A program made the position numbers and the translations under genes. This document shows positions 24,001 through 34,936 of a stretch of 45,593 nt of DNA, piece after piece. The DNA is from Azolla caroliniana. Taxonomy: Eukaryota > Plantae > Polypodiophyta. How positions within the stretch are numbered: the stretch's first letter is position 1; each line of letters begins with the position of its first letter. The notes under the pieces were generated by a model. It did no database searches. It was not told the DNA's origin and saw only the letters and a program-made list of their open reading frames with translations. The DNA lies in NCBI GenBank assembly GCA_043228905.1, contig JBHGNT010000246.1:1-45593 (forward strand). Reading direction: 5' to 3'.

Positions 24001-25136
24001 TACCACTATAGCCTTCGTCATTTAACCTTCCAGTTGATATCAGATTCAATCTGATATCGGGGATGTGTCAAACATCCTTCAGTGATGTCGACCGTCGTTA
24101 AGCAAACACTTCCGACTCCGGTTACCCTGCACTCTCCATTATCACCCACCTTTACATAGTCATGATCCCCGACTATGTAAGTCGAGAAATACTCTCTTGA
24201 TGGAATTATGTGGAACGATGCCCCAGAATCAATCACCCACGTGCAATCTTCGCTTGCAAGATTTGCACTCATCTGTTCACAAATGAACAGGAGTTCTTCA
24301 TTGCTCGTAGCAATGGCCGAAGTGTTCTTCTCATCAGGAATCTTCCTGGGTTCGACATTATTTCTGGCACTCTTATCTTTCTTTAAGTGTCGACAGTCCT
24401 TTTGGAAGTGTCCAGGCTTTCCACAATAAAAGCACATGTGCTTACCTCTGGACTTCGATTTGGCGTGGGATTTGTCCATTCTTTGGGGACTTCTTCTTCG
24501 CCGATCTCTTCCTCTGTCCATATGTTGAGTCAGATTCGACTCTGATTGGGACATGACTCCTTTGTCTTTCCTCCTTGCCTCCTCATTTAGGATGCTTGTC
24601 TTCACCGTCTGTAAAGACAAGTTCTCTTCTTGACAGGAGGTGCTGAGAGTAACCACCAGGTTCTCTCAGTTGTTCGGCAGTGTGCACATCAGCAGGATGG
24701 CCTGCATTGCATCATCCAAGGGAAACTTAGTCACAACAAGTTGATTTACATACCCCATGAATGTGGTGATGTGTTCGACGATGCTCTCACCGTCTCTGTA
24801 TTTCAGCTGTACGATTTTTCTCATCAACGAGGTTTTATTGAGCGTGTTCTTCCTCTCATACAGACCCGACAACTTCTACCACATTTCGTGGGCATTTGTG
24901 TTGTTCGCCACATGCTGAAGGACACTTACATCGATGCACTGTCGGATGGTGGCCACTGCCTTTCTATTTAGAAGTTTCCAATCCGACTCCAATACCCCCC
25001 TTGGTATGTCTGCTCTGTCGACTGGCTCGTATAGGTCTTTAACTATGAGAAGGTCTTCCATCTTGATCTTCCAGTCTGCATAGTTTTGTGAGTTGAGAAC
25101 TATCATACGTGGGAAACCGCTCACACCTCCTTCCAT
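21093..25136 (-). pseudogene. Copia gag-pol polyprotein with stops and frameshifts
   Basis: LNSQNYADWKIKMEDLL (gag); CFYCGKPGHFQKDC; WVIDSGAS (protease); WHKRLGH, LVHTD, TFIDDYS, NGLAERMNRT (integrase); YKARIVVKGFQQ, LLLYVDDML (RT); FTDSD, STTEVEY, CDSQSAI, TKHIQRRYH (RNase H). Confidence 0.95.
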
Positions 25137-25149
25137 GCTTGCACCTCAA

Positions 25150-25161
25150 GCTCTGATACCA
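25150..25161 (-). other. Primer-binding site TGGTATCAGAGC (tRNA-iMet)
   Basis: GCTCTGATACCA on +, 3 nt from the 5' LTR. Confidence 0.92.
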
Positions 25162-25164
25162 GTT

Positions 25165-25789
25165 TGTTGAGAAATCATTTGGTCAAATCACAATAAACGA
25201 ATTGTGCTGAAATACGAATCACAAATATGCCAAAAAAAACAAGACAACAATGGTGCACAGAGATTTAATGTGGAAACCCTAAAACAGGAGAAAACCACGT
25301 AGAACAAAACTTCACTATACAATGGATATACAACAGAGGGTATGTTACAACACTCTTTCGAGTGTATCCGCCACACAGGGCTCTTGGCGTCTGTTGTTAC
25401 GCACACAACTATGGCGCCACACTCTCTCTCTGTCTCTCTACTCACTCCTCACACTCTTCTTCTAGTGCTACCTCACTCTGTCTCTTCTATTCTTACTCTC
25501 ACATTTTTCCTTAAGTGTATTTATACTTAGACATTGTATGGGCTATTTACAAATGTAGCCTTTGCTATGTATCATTATTATTATTACTATAATAATAATA
25601 GTCGAACTATCAAACAGTCAACTCACTGTTTTTGACTCTTCGACTATCGGCTTTCCGAATAGTCGGATCTTCCCTGTCTTCGACTATCGGCACTCCTTGG
25701 TCCGATCAGTCGGCTCCCCGTAGTCATCGACTGTCAGCAACTTCTGGACAGTCGGTTCCTCCTCCCACTAGAGGGACATATTCCCAACA
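25165..25789 (-). repeat. 5' LTR of the copia element
   Basis: TGTTGAG...CCCAACA; direct repeat of 20448-21055. Confidence 0.95.
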
Positions 25790-26454
25790 CACATAACACT
25801 TGTTATACATATTTAGAGAGTGTACAAATATCATAATTTCTTGCATGAACAAAATCAATGATGAACATCTATAATTTAGAGTATCGATCTACAATAGTTT
25901 AGTTAGAGAGTTAACAAGTACACATATAAACTTGGCATAACAAGACTTGTCAAAGCATATGACATTCATCACTTTGATATGGAAATTAACAAGTATTAGC
26001 CAATGATACATACAATCTAGATTTTAATTCTTTTTGGATCCTATAATGCATTGATTATTTGAATCGGGGAGCTTGAAGTGTCTTACACCCATCATCCTAC
26101 AACTAAGAGGTAGCATGCTATTGAGTGGTGCTTCATCATCGAAGCGGGGTTAGGGCAACATCAAATGGTGGCCCTTGTAAGCAAATTTGAGTCGCGCTTC
26201 ACATTTTTTGCAAACATACTATTGATAGCCATGTAATTATTAATCTCTTAGATGGTGTTGAATACCTCATTATTTGTACAATTTTTCTCTTCTTCATGGT
26301 TGGGGGCGGTGTTCTTTGAGTTCTCTCCTCATGGGTAGTTGCAATGCTACATGGGATGGTTTTGGTCTCAAAGTCTTCTTCGGTGCTCCATAGAGTGCCT
26401 CAATCATTGGGTTGGTTTTGTTTATCTCCACTTTCTATTCCAATTACGTCTAAA

Positions 26455-28246
26455 AGTGTAGGATCCGTCTTGGTACCGGAGTCTCACTAACTTCCGGAAT
26501 ACCGAAGCCCGATTTATGACGTTTTTACTCTCCAACATGGTACCGATTTTTTCCCAAAGCACATGCACCTTACTTTCTTCATTGAAGTTGTTGTATAGGC
26601 TCATGTCGATGAAGCATCATATATAGGATGTCCTCTTCATATGCATCACCTCCCACATCATGGCATCGATCTTGTTTGTTTTCTTGTCCATGAACTGTAC
26701 CGACAACCAGAGATATTTGACCATGAGCACGTCCCTCATCTTTGACTTTCACACTAGAGAGTTGGAGCCGGTGTCGCGAAAATACGACGAGGATACGTGA
26801 ACTTTGAAGCAAGACCCCGGGGCCTCCGATCGGAAGATATCAATTTCGTATGTTTATATTAAACAATTAATGGAAAATGAGAAAGATTAACAAATTTCAT
26901 TAATAAATAGAAAAGAAAAATTACAATCAATCCCAAGATTGGGATTACAAAAGTTTTATCTTAAGGAGATTACTAGAATAATAGATTAGAAGAAACTAAG
27001 ATATGGATTCAATAGAAATTTAGGGTTTTTGGCTTTGATAAGAGATTATGGTTTATAAGTTCAATAGCTTTCGTATGGAAAATTAGGGTTTTTGGCTTTC
27101 GTAAGGAAATTAGGGTTTATGAGAGATATGGCTTCGATAAGATAAGAGAGCTAAGAAGGAAAAGAAAATAAAAATATGGAGAGAGAGGATCCCAGTCTAG
27201 GAAAAAAAATGGAATATATATGGAGTTTTCCGTTGATCATAGCCTTCAATGTTACTTTGCATGCCCACTTTTAGTTGCATGATCTTTCCACTTTTTCTTT
27301 TTGTCTACCATATGATCTTTACTTTATGCATGCCCTCCAACTTTAGTTCCATGCGTCCACATGGCCTCTACTTTAGTCTTTTTTACTTTTCTTTAATTAG
27401 CCACATGATCCTTTCATTCGTCCGTCTCGATCGCCGATTCTGTCTGGTTGCCGGTTTCCTGTTTGCGTACCGACCGGTTTCCGGTTTTTGAGAACTTGGC
27501 CACCATCATCCATCAAGACAAAGTGGCCAAAGTGTTCTTAGCACAAATGAAAGATGAGGGATCTCAAGGTGCTTATATAGCCAGAGCCTTAAGTTTCCTT
27601 TCTATGTGGGATAAATCATAGTTCTATTTTCCCTATCTTCTCAAACATCTATCTTTCTATAACATGCCATTAAGCGAATACAAAGTACTTATTTTATTAT
27701 TATTTTTTTTACATAGTGTGAGAAGATTCACACGACATTGGTGAGCTTGAACATGCTTTCAAATGACTCTTCCATTTGTTGTTCGCTCTAATATCAGTTT
27801 GTGCGGAAAAAATGCTCAGCCACAATCGAGTTGAACACTCAATGGAAGATCAAAATAGAAATGGAGATTAATACACTTACACAGATAATAGAGAGGACAT
27901 AAGATGTTTACGTGGAAAACCCTAATCGAGAAAAACCACGGGAGCTCACAGACTCCAACTATCACTATGAGAGGGAGAATACAACGCAAGACTTTGAGGC
28001 AACGACCTCGAGCTCTATCTCTTTGCGAACCGGCTAATAGAAAAATACTTTCTGTTTCACTCTCTATCTCTCTATCTCTCTATATAACAACAATGACAAC
28101 AACATCTATATAATTACCCTAAGTCATATTTATACTTATATGATTTTAGGATTATTTACAAATATAGTCATGATAGGCACATCAAAGACATATTTACAAG
28201 TATGTCCCTGAACAGGATCCCTTCCGGAGGGACCGAATTCCCAATG
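26455..28246 (-). mobile_element. Truncated copia: 5' LTR (27800-28246), degenerate PBS and gag N-terminus, interrupted by a solo LTR
   Basis: PBS relic GCTCTAATATCA at 27785-27796. The LTR end matches that of the 14449 solo LTR (TCCC.TCCGGAGGGACC..TTCC.AA). After removing the insert, gag reads MEESFESMFKLTGSNSLV*KSKMRDVLMVK...LWEKIGTMLESKNVINRASVFRKLVRLRYQDG. Confidence 0.85.
26772..27737. mobile_element. Probable solo LTR of a different family, with an apparent 4-bp TSD
   Basis: Termini TGTCGCG...CACGACA. Flanks are CCGG (26768-26771) and TTGG (27738-27741). Excision with a 4-bp TSD restores the gag reading frame. Confidence 0.75.
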
Positions 28247-28739
28247 GTGTATGTATGTATCTATGGAAGTGAGAGAGGTGAGAGCAAAAATAAGATATGT
28301 AGAATTTATTTAGAAACAAAAGCAGAAGAGAAGAGAAGAGAAGAGAGCAAGAGCAAAGTATGTATGTTGATGTACATAATAATAATAATGTCTCCATCTC
28401 AGATACATTGGAGGGCAACAGAGCATGGTGGGAAGGCGAGATGCAGGTGCAGAGCATGGCGGGAAGAGGAAGTGACGAGCAGGAGCAGGAACGTGGCGAC
28501 GCGCGTTGGTTAGCTCTGCGCGTGGTGACCAAGTGCTGTTGCGGTAGGAGAGAGCTTTGGCCGCTCCTCGGTGGCTGTCCTGCGCTTATTAGCGACGGTT
28601 CTACTCAGTGGCGTTGACAGGTACCCACAATCCCCCTCCCCCCAACAACAAATTAATTAATAGAAGGAAAAAAACAACAGACACAAAAAACACAAAAGGA
28701 AGGGAAGGGAAAAACCAGAAAACGGAACCATAGAGTGCA

Positions 28740-30206
28740 ATGGTGGGAGAAACTGAACTTCCAACAGATCCCACCGCGCTACATGAAGAAGGCGGAGTAG
28801 ATCTTGACCTCACCCTGTCCCCAGAGGCCAATCGGCTCTTAGCGGAGGAAATCGAACGCCTTCGGCGTACTTCCTTTTTATGTAGGTTCCTTTCAGGTAG
28901 ACCAAGTCGAGGTATGGTTCGGGACATGCTGCAAGTGGCTGTGATGGAAAACATGCCTCCGATCAAGAACGTCCGAGGTTTAGGGAAAAACTTCTTCCAC
29001 ATTGAATTGGGTGATGGCGCGTTGGCGCAACCATTGGTAGGGCTCAAGGTACTTGAACTGAAGTATGGCAACGTGTTGCTCCAGCCGTGGTCCCCAGGGT
29101 TCAATCCAATTGAGGAGTTGCGCAAACTTAACAATCCTCGGGTGATCACTGCAACATTTCTTGGCCTCCCTCCCCACTTGTGCCACCTGCTTCCTTTTTT
29201 TGGTGAACAAATAGGGACAATTTGCCCAAAAAAAATGTCCATGGCAGATACAGTAGCGGAGGTGCCCAAGCTACGCATCTTGGTGCCTTCCCTCCATGGA
29301 CTTCCAACAAGAATTAGGCTCTCCTCTGAGGAGCTAGGTCTCACAATGGTGAATGTGGTGTATGAGGGACTCCCTGGGCAATGTTTCATTTGCAAACAAA
29401 AAGGACACCTAGCTAAGGAATGTCCTCGTAAGACCGGAAAGGGAAGCTTGGGACCTCGAACCTCAGGGAAGGCCGCGCCAACCAAGGGCAGCGAGGCTCC
29501 TTGGCACCCCGTTAAGAAGCAAGGAAAACTTGGAAACTTAGGTGCAGCCTCGCCCAACCTCTCTCAAGACTGTCCCATAGATAGAAGTTCTCCTACCCCA
29601 TCACCAGCAAGCGTGAACGAACAACCCTTGAAACAGGTGAAGATCCTCTCGGGGAGTGCGGAGGCGCACGACCTACAAGTGAGAGCGTCCAACAGATTTA
29701 CATTGTCTCAAGGGCTAGGGGATGGCGACCCAGAAGTGTTGGCAGCAGCGATGTCCCCGTGTGAATCCTTGTCCTTTACCCCACGAGATCCTAAGCTCGT
29801 GTTCTCCACCCCGGTGGAGATGCTACCACAATTGATACCGTCCACCCCAGAGGAGATGTTGACAAAGGCCCCCCTCATGATGGAGCGTGAATGCAGTGGT
29901 GACCTCAGATTAGTGAAATCGTGGATCCGGTCAGGCAAGTTCAAGGGTAAAGGGAAGGGTAATGTACGCAAACCATCACCCGGTGTGGCGACGTCTCTTT
30001 GGGATAAAGGGGTGCAGGACATGCAACCAATTAGGAGCCAAAATGTATCAAGGGAACTATTTGAAGCGGGCCAAGATCGGCAGGCCGGGAATCCCTTAGG
30101 GGCTCTCCAATCTACTGTGGAGTCCCTACCCCCAGAAGTAGATGATAGTTCGCCCCTTCACGTGGGAGTCGGCCCCGACATGGGCGTCAACCTAACCGCC
30201 TTTTGA
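28740..30206 (+). CDS. LINE-B ORF1 protein (DUF4283-like region, CCHC zinc knuckle); open frame, 488 aa
   Basis: RGLGKNFFHIEL, LLQPWSPGF, FLGLPPH, VVYEGLPGQCFICKQKGHLAKEC. The stop overlaps the ORF2 start (TGATG). Confidence 0.9.
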   Translation: MVGETELPTDPTALHEEGGVDLDLTLSPEANRLLAEEIERLRRTSFLCRFLSGRPSRGMVRDMLQVAVMENMPPIKNVRGLGKNFFHIELGDGALAQPLVGLKVLELKYGNVLLQPWSPGFNPIEELRKLNNPRVITATFLGLPPHLCHLLPFFGEQIGTICPKKMSMADTVAEVPKLRILVPSLHGLPTRIRLSSEELGLTMVNVVYEGLPGQCFICKQKGHLAKECPRKTGKGSLGPRTSGKAAPTKGSEAPWHPVKKQGKLGNLGAASPNLSQDCPIDRSSPTPSPASVNEQPLKQVKILSGSAEAHDLQVRASNRFTLSQGLGDGDPEVLAAAMSPCESLSFTPRDPKLVFSTPVEMLPQLIPSTPEEMLTKAPLMMERECSGDLRLVKSWIRSGKFKGKGKGNVRKPSPGVATSLWDKGVQDMQPIRSQNVSRELFEAGQDRQAGNPLGALQSTVESLPPEVDDSSPLHVGVGPDMGVNLTAF

Positions 30207-33200
30207 TGAGAATCCTAACATGGAATGTGCAGGGCCTTGGTGGAGGCCGGCAACATCACAAGTGCAAAAGACTTCAGGAGGAGTTGAATCCCCTTAATAT
30301 TGGGGGCAACATCGACATATTGCTTTTGCAAGAACACCACCTCTCTCAAGAGAGAGCTCAGAGCCTAGTAAACCCCTTGTCGGGTGGGTGGACCACGTGG
30401 TGGTCAGCTGCACAAGGTGACCTCCACCGAAGAGGAGGGGTCTGCATCTCGATCAGCGATAAGGCCCGTTACGAAGTAACATCACATGGCACGTTGGTGG
30501 CAGGAAGAGCCTTATATGTGCTTTTGAAATGGAACAACCTTCAAATTGGGGTGTTAAACATTTATGCCCCTAACTCTTCCCCCGAGCGAGCAATCTTTTG
30601 GCGGATGTTAACGACAACATTGCCTGAGGCAGAGGTGTGGATAATGGCTGGTGATTTCAACATGACGGAGCACCTGGGGGATAGGAAAGGGGGGACCCAA
30701 AGACCGCTTCATGGTGCGGAGTTGGACTCGTGGGCTTTCCTAATCGGCAAAATTGGGGTGAAGGATACATGGGGCTCCTCCCTTAGAAGATGCTCACATT
30801 CGCTTCACTTCTCCCGAGCTGCCGCGAATGCTAAGGGTGGTAGTCTTGCAAGGCTAGACCGCATATACATCAGCTCGTCCCTCGAAGAGTTGGGGGGCTC
30901 CTTTGCTATCTTGGCAGGTCTCACCTTCTCTGATCACCAGCCGATGAGATTAGACCTTAACCCACCCCGTGGCAGCAAGGGGAGTCTCAATGTGAAAATC
31001 CCCACAAAGATCATGAAGAGTGCAAAGGTGAAGGCAGGGCTGCAAAGTATATGGCGGGAGACCATTGTAAGTGAATCGGCCAGTGAGGATCTATAGAAAA
31101 AATTGACCCTCTCCTCCTCCTTTTTATAGCAAGAAACCAAGTTGGCCCTTCAGCAGGCTAGAGCCATTGAAACAAAATTATGGAAATCCGTTGCGGCCGC
31201 GCAACGACTGTTGCAAGCAGACCCTAGTTGCAATTGGTCTAGAGCCAAGTTGGAGGAAGCAAAGATAAAGCTGCGGGAAAGGATGTTGGAGAAGAACTGC
31301 ATGCTGTTTCGAAGGACCGCAACATGGTGGGCTAGAAAAGATGACAAGGTTTACTGCCATTTCTTTCACTACAGGGCACCCAAGGGTGGAGGTGGACATA
31401 TACAAGGGCTTCGCAAACCAGATGGTTCAATAACGGAGGACAAGGATGAGATTCTGCATATGGTGACAAAATACTATTGCGACCTGCTCGCACCTGTGCA
31501 TATGCAACAAAACATGGAGTTGGCTGAGAGGGTGTTGGCTTGCATTCACCCCAAGGTAACCCACGAGATGGAAGTTGTGCTCGATAGCCCCATTTCTCAA
31601 TTAGAACTCTCGGAAGCACTTAGGGAATTGCGGAGAGGAGCATGCCCCGGCCCCGATGGTCTCTCAGGAGATTTTTTTGAGATTCATTGGGACACTGTTA
31701 TCCCGTCATTGGAAGCCGGGGTTCAGGAGATTTGGGCCTCGGGAACGGTGCCATCTGGCATGGCTGAGGGGATGATCTATCTCATCCCTAAAGCGGCAGG
31801 GTGAAGCCTAGAGCTGCGCCAATGGCGTCCAATCACGATCCTTAACACGATATACAAGATACTTGCAAAAGTCTTAGCTAGGCGGATAGCAAGCTTCTTA
31901 CCGGACATCATTCACGAGAATCAAACTGGGTTTATCAAGGGTAGGTATATCTTTGATAATGTATTTCTTCTCTGGGAAGTTATGGCATTAGCAGATCGTG
32001 CCGTATCGAGCTCGGCTATTCTGCTGTTAGACTTTGAGAAGGCCTACGACAGGGTATTATGGCCGTTTTTGAAAAGAGTGATGAGCGCTATGGGCCTACC
32101 CCAACAATGGAGGAATTGCACTTCTGCACTCTATCGGAATGCTTCTAGTAGCGTGTTGGTAGCTGGTGCTAGGGGCCCTGCCTTCCAACTACATTGCTCA
32201 GTGAGGCAAGGTTGTCCCCTAGCTCCATATCTCTACCTATTTGTCACGGAGGCTTTCTCTGCTTATTTACAAGCACCAAGCAACAGATTGAGGGGATTGT
32301 CCATCCCCAATGCGTTTGAAGATCTGCTGCTATCTGAATATGTCGACGATACGGTCCTTTTCTTGCAGGGCGATGACGTGAATCTACAGCGGGCTGAACA
32401 GCTTGTTGAGGACCTTTGTCAAGCTGTTGGAGCCAATATCAATTGGGATAAAACCCAAGGCCTCTGGTTCAGCGAACAAGAGAAGCCAAGGTGGCAACCC
32501 CACGCTGATTTTGCATGGGTCCCTGATGGGACGACATTCAAATACCTAGGATTTACGATGGGGAGGGCAATCCCCAAGGGAGTACAATTGTCACATGTGC
32601 AAACCAAAATAAGCATGAAGCTGATCCAATGGAGCAGATCTAAACTTTCCTTCGTTGGTAGGGTTCTTATTGTGAACCAAGTGTTGCTCGCCACCATGTG
32701 GCACTCAGTCTCCTGCTGAATTATGGACCCCTCAAGTTTGCACGCGATTAAGGTTGCCATCAGGGGGTTTATATGGTCAGGTAAGGACAACCCGTTTGCT
32801 GCCGCCAGAGTGTCATGGCATTTGTTAACACAACCGCGGGCCAAAGGGGGGCTTGGCCTCATAGACCCCTTAATGTAGAGCCGAGCATTGCTAGCCAAAA
32901 TGGTGGTTCGATGCCTCTTGCCAGGTAAGGGGTGCTGGAAGGTACTACTTCGCAATAGGCTGCAAGCAGGGATGCCCAAGTATGGTAGGCCTTGGCCGGA
33001 TTCCTTGAATTGATGTTGCACGAGTGGAGTCCCTCCCAAGTTGGCTTGTCAACTGGAGGAGAGGGTCACGAACTCCATCTTGCGGGCATGGTGTCACGTA
33101 AGACGTCATTTGGTCAAGCACACGCCAGAGACACTAGTCGAGTGGGCTAGACAGCCATTATTTTGGAACCCTCAAGTGCGGTGAAGCGGTGACATGATGT

Positions 33201-34492
33201 TAGGGCAGCTTAAGGGCCTAGCCTGGGGAAAGTTGGCGCAAACAGGGCTCCTCTCTATAGATGATTGGAGACGCACGATGGCTTCAGGAGGGGACCAGGA
33301 GGTCCCTTTCCCTCCCCTCAAGGGAGCCATGAAAATGCGGAGATTGATAGCTGAGGCACTTGATAGGGTCTCGATGGGGGAGGTGAGAGAAGATACATGG
33401 TTCGGTCTCTTTGATGAGACTGGTGTGGTTAAGTTGCTGAAGGGTGTGAGTGGATCGGGACGAGATGCAATTTTTGGGGAGAGGCAGAGTAGGGGCTCTT
33501 GGCACCCAATCCGCGTGGTGGCGCAGGTTGGTAACATCTGGAAAACAGACCCGGATGTTGCTAAGGTGGAACCCCATTGGAAGTTATGGGTATATGGTGG
33601 TTGTCCCCTCATCAAGCTAGAATGAGACCCAGGGGATTTCAGGTGGAAACAGGATGGCAGACTTCGCCATTTCTTTGAGTACATCACTAAATTGGGTCGG
33701 ACTTTACAATTGCAGCTAGATGGCCCCTTACGCAATGGCTGGCGTACATTGGGCATCCCTGATGAGGTGCTCATTACTTTTTGGAAAGGTCTCTAGCGTC
33801 TCCACATGCCTGAAAAGATCAAGTTTTTTTGGTGGCAGATCAGTCATAATGTGGTTCCCATTGGCGAATGGTTAGGTAAATGTGGCGGCCTGTTAGGCTG
33901 CCCACTCTGCCCTTCACCTATTGAGACTCTGAGGCACTGTCTATGGGATTGCTCTCAAGCTTAAAAGGTATGGGATAGAGTGACTCGCCTCCTTGTGGCT
34001 TGTGAAGTGGAAGGAACCGCATCGTGGAGTACTGCGACATGGATTGATCACTTTGACGATAGGTGGACGGACGCCTTCAATGCGGATAGCTGGTGCTATG
34101 TATGCATTGGAGGCAAAATCGCCAAGATTCGTTATGGAAGAGGCTTGCAGTCTGCATCCCCTAGGTTCTCGGAAATTTGGATGTTGATCGCAGGCTTCAC
34201 CATGTGGTATATATGGAAAGTGCGTGGCCTGAAGGTTTTTCAGGATCTGGTGCGACCCCCGGAGGAAGTGATCATGGACATATGGTTTGCTCTTATCAGC
34301 TGCCTACAAGGGCAGTTGGACGAGGTTTGCAGCCATTCCAACGATGTGGTCACTGCCCGTTTGCGCTTTTGGCAAAAATGGCGAAACACGCCTATGGTGA
34401 CACAAGGAGGAAGTGGTCCGAGGTGGAACTACCAGTCCCCACGCTGGCTGTTTCCGAGTCACTTGCCGCCCTCCCTGCGGTGTAGGCCCTAG
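30206..34492 (+). pseudogene. LINE-B ORF2 (APE endonuclease, RT, zf-RVT); single frame with ten premature stops
   Basis: MRILTWNVQG, LLQEHHL, AGDFN, RLDRIY, SDHQP; WRPITILN, LDFEKAYDRV, VRQGCPLAP, YVDD; CPLCPSPIETLRHCLWDC. Stops at 31094, 31127, 31802, 32717, 32876, 33011, 33182, 33623, 33794 and 33962. Confidence 0.95.
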
Positions 34493-34761
34493 GAGGTGTC
34501 TCGTACTAGCCAAAATTGACGGGCACCATTTTTAGCTATAGGTATCTGCTTATATTGAGTAGTCAACCTGTTATGCTAAGTAACTAATCTCATTTTCTTG
34601 TACTTGTTCGGAGGGAGATTTCCCGATTTGTATATAAGCCCCCCCGTGTAGAGTCTTTTTGGTAATAATCCTTCCTAACTAATGGGAAAGTAGCTTCATT
34701 TTGGGGAAAAAAAAATGTTTCGATCTCTCTCTTCCATTCTTCATCCAGCGAAGCGAAGGCA

Positions 34762-34813
34762 GGGAAAGGGAAAGGGAAAGGGAAAGGGAAAAGGGAAAAG
34801 GGAAAAGGGAGGG
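34762..34813 (+). repeat. (GGGAAA/GGGAAAA)n purine repeat with nine G3 tracts, a G-quadruplex-type motif
   Basis: Read directly; lies ~125-175 bp upstream of the CCCH gene ATG. Confidence 0.9.
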
Positions 34814-34936
34814 AAGAAGAACACAAAACACAAATAAAGAAACAGAACGAAGAAGAAAGAAGACGACAGAGCTCCAGCTCCTCCTCCTTCTTGTTCTCTC
34901 ACATTATTTTATTTGATTCTCGCGCGCACACATGTC

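Larger units (their letters stand above)
20448..25789 (-). mobile_element. Full-length Ty1/copia LTR retrotransposon (Tnt1/Tork-like), inactive
   Basis: LTRs at 20448-21055 and 25165-25789, about 35 substitutions by eye plus a 17-bp indel. tRNA-iMet PBS at 25150-25161; PPT at ~21058-21072. Domain order gag-PR-IN-RT-RH. Confidence 0.96.
28401..34713 (+). mobile_element. Full-length L1-clade LINE (LINE-B)
   Basis: GC-rich 5' UTR, ORF1, ORF2, ~215-nt 3' UTR and A9 tail at 34707-34715. Probable TSD AATGTCTCCATCTC (28387-28400) / AATGTTTCGATCTC (34714-34727), 12/14 match. Confidence 0.9.

Noticed and set aside
20471-25530. Paired ORFs 20471-20728 / 25188-25445 and 20625-20888 / 25342-25530
   Set aside because: Incidental frames duplicated because they lie in the two LTRs.
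28601-29557. 318-aa antisense ORF over LINE-B ORF1, as an ORF0-like gene
   Set aside because: Most likely a shadow of a GC-rich open frame; no domain and no equivalent in LINE-A. The same applies to 32419-33039 and 33172-33774.
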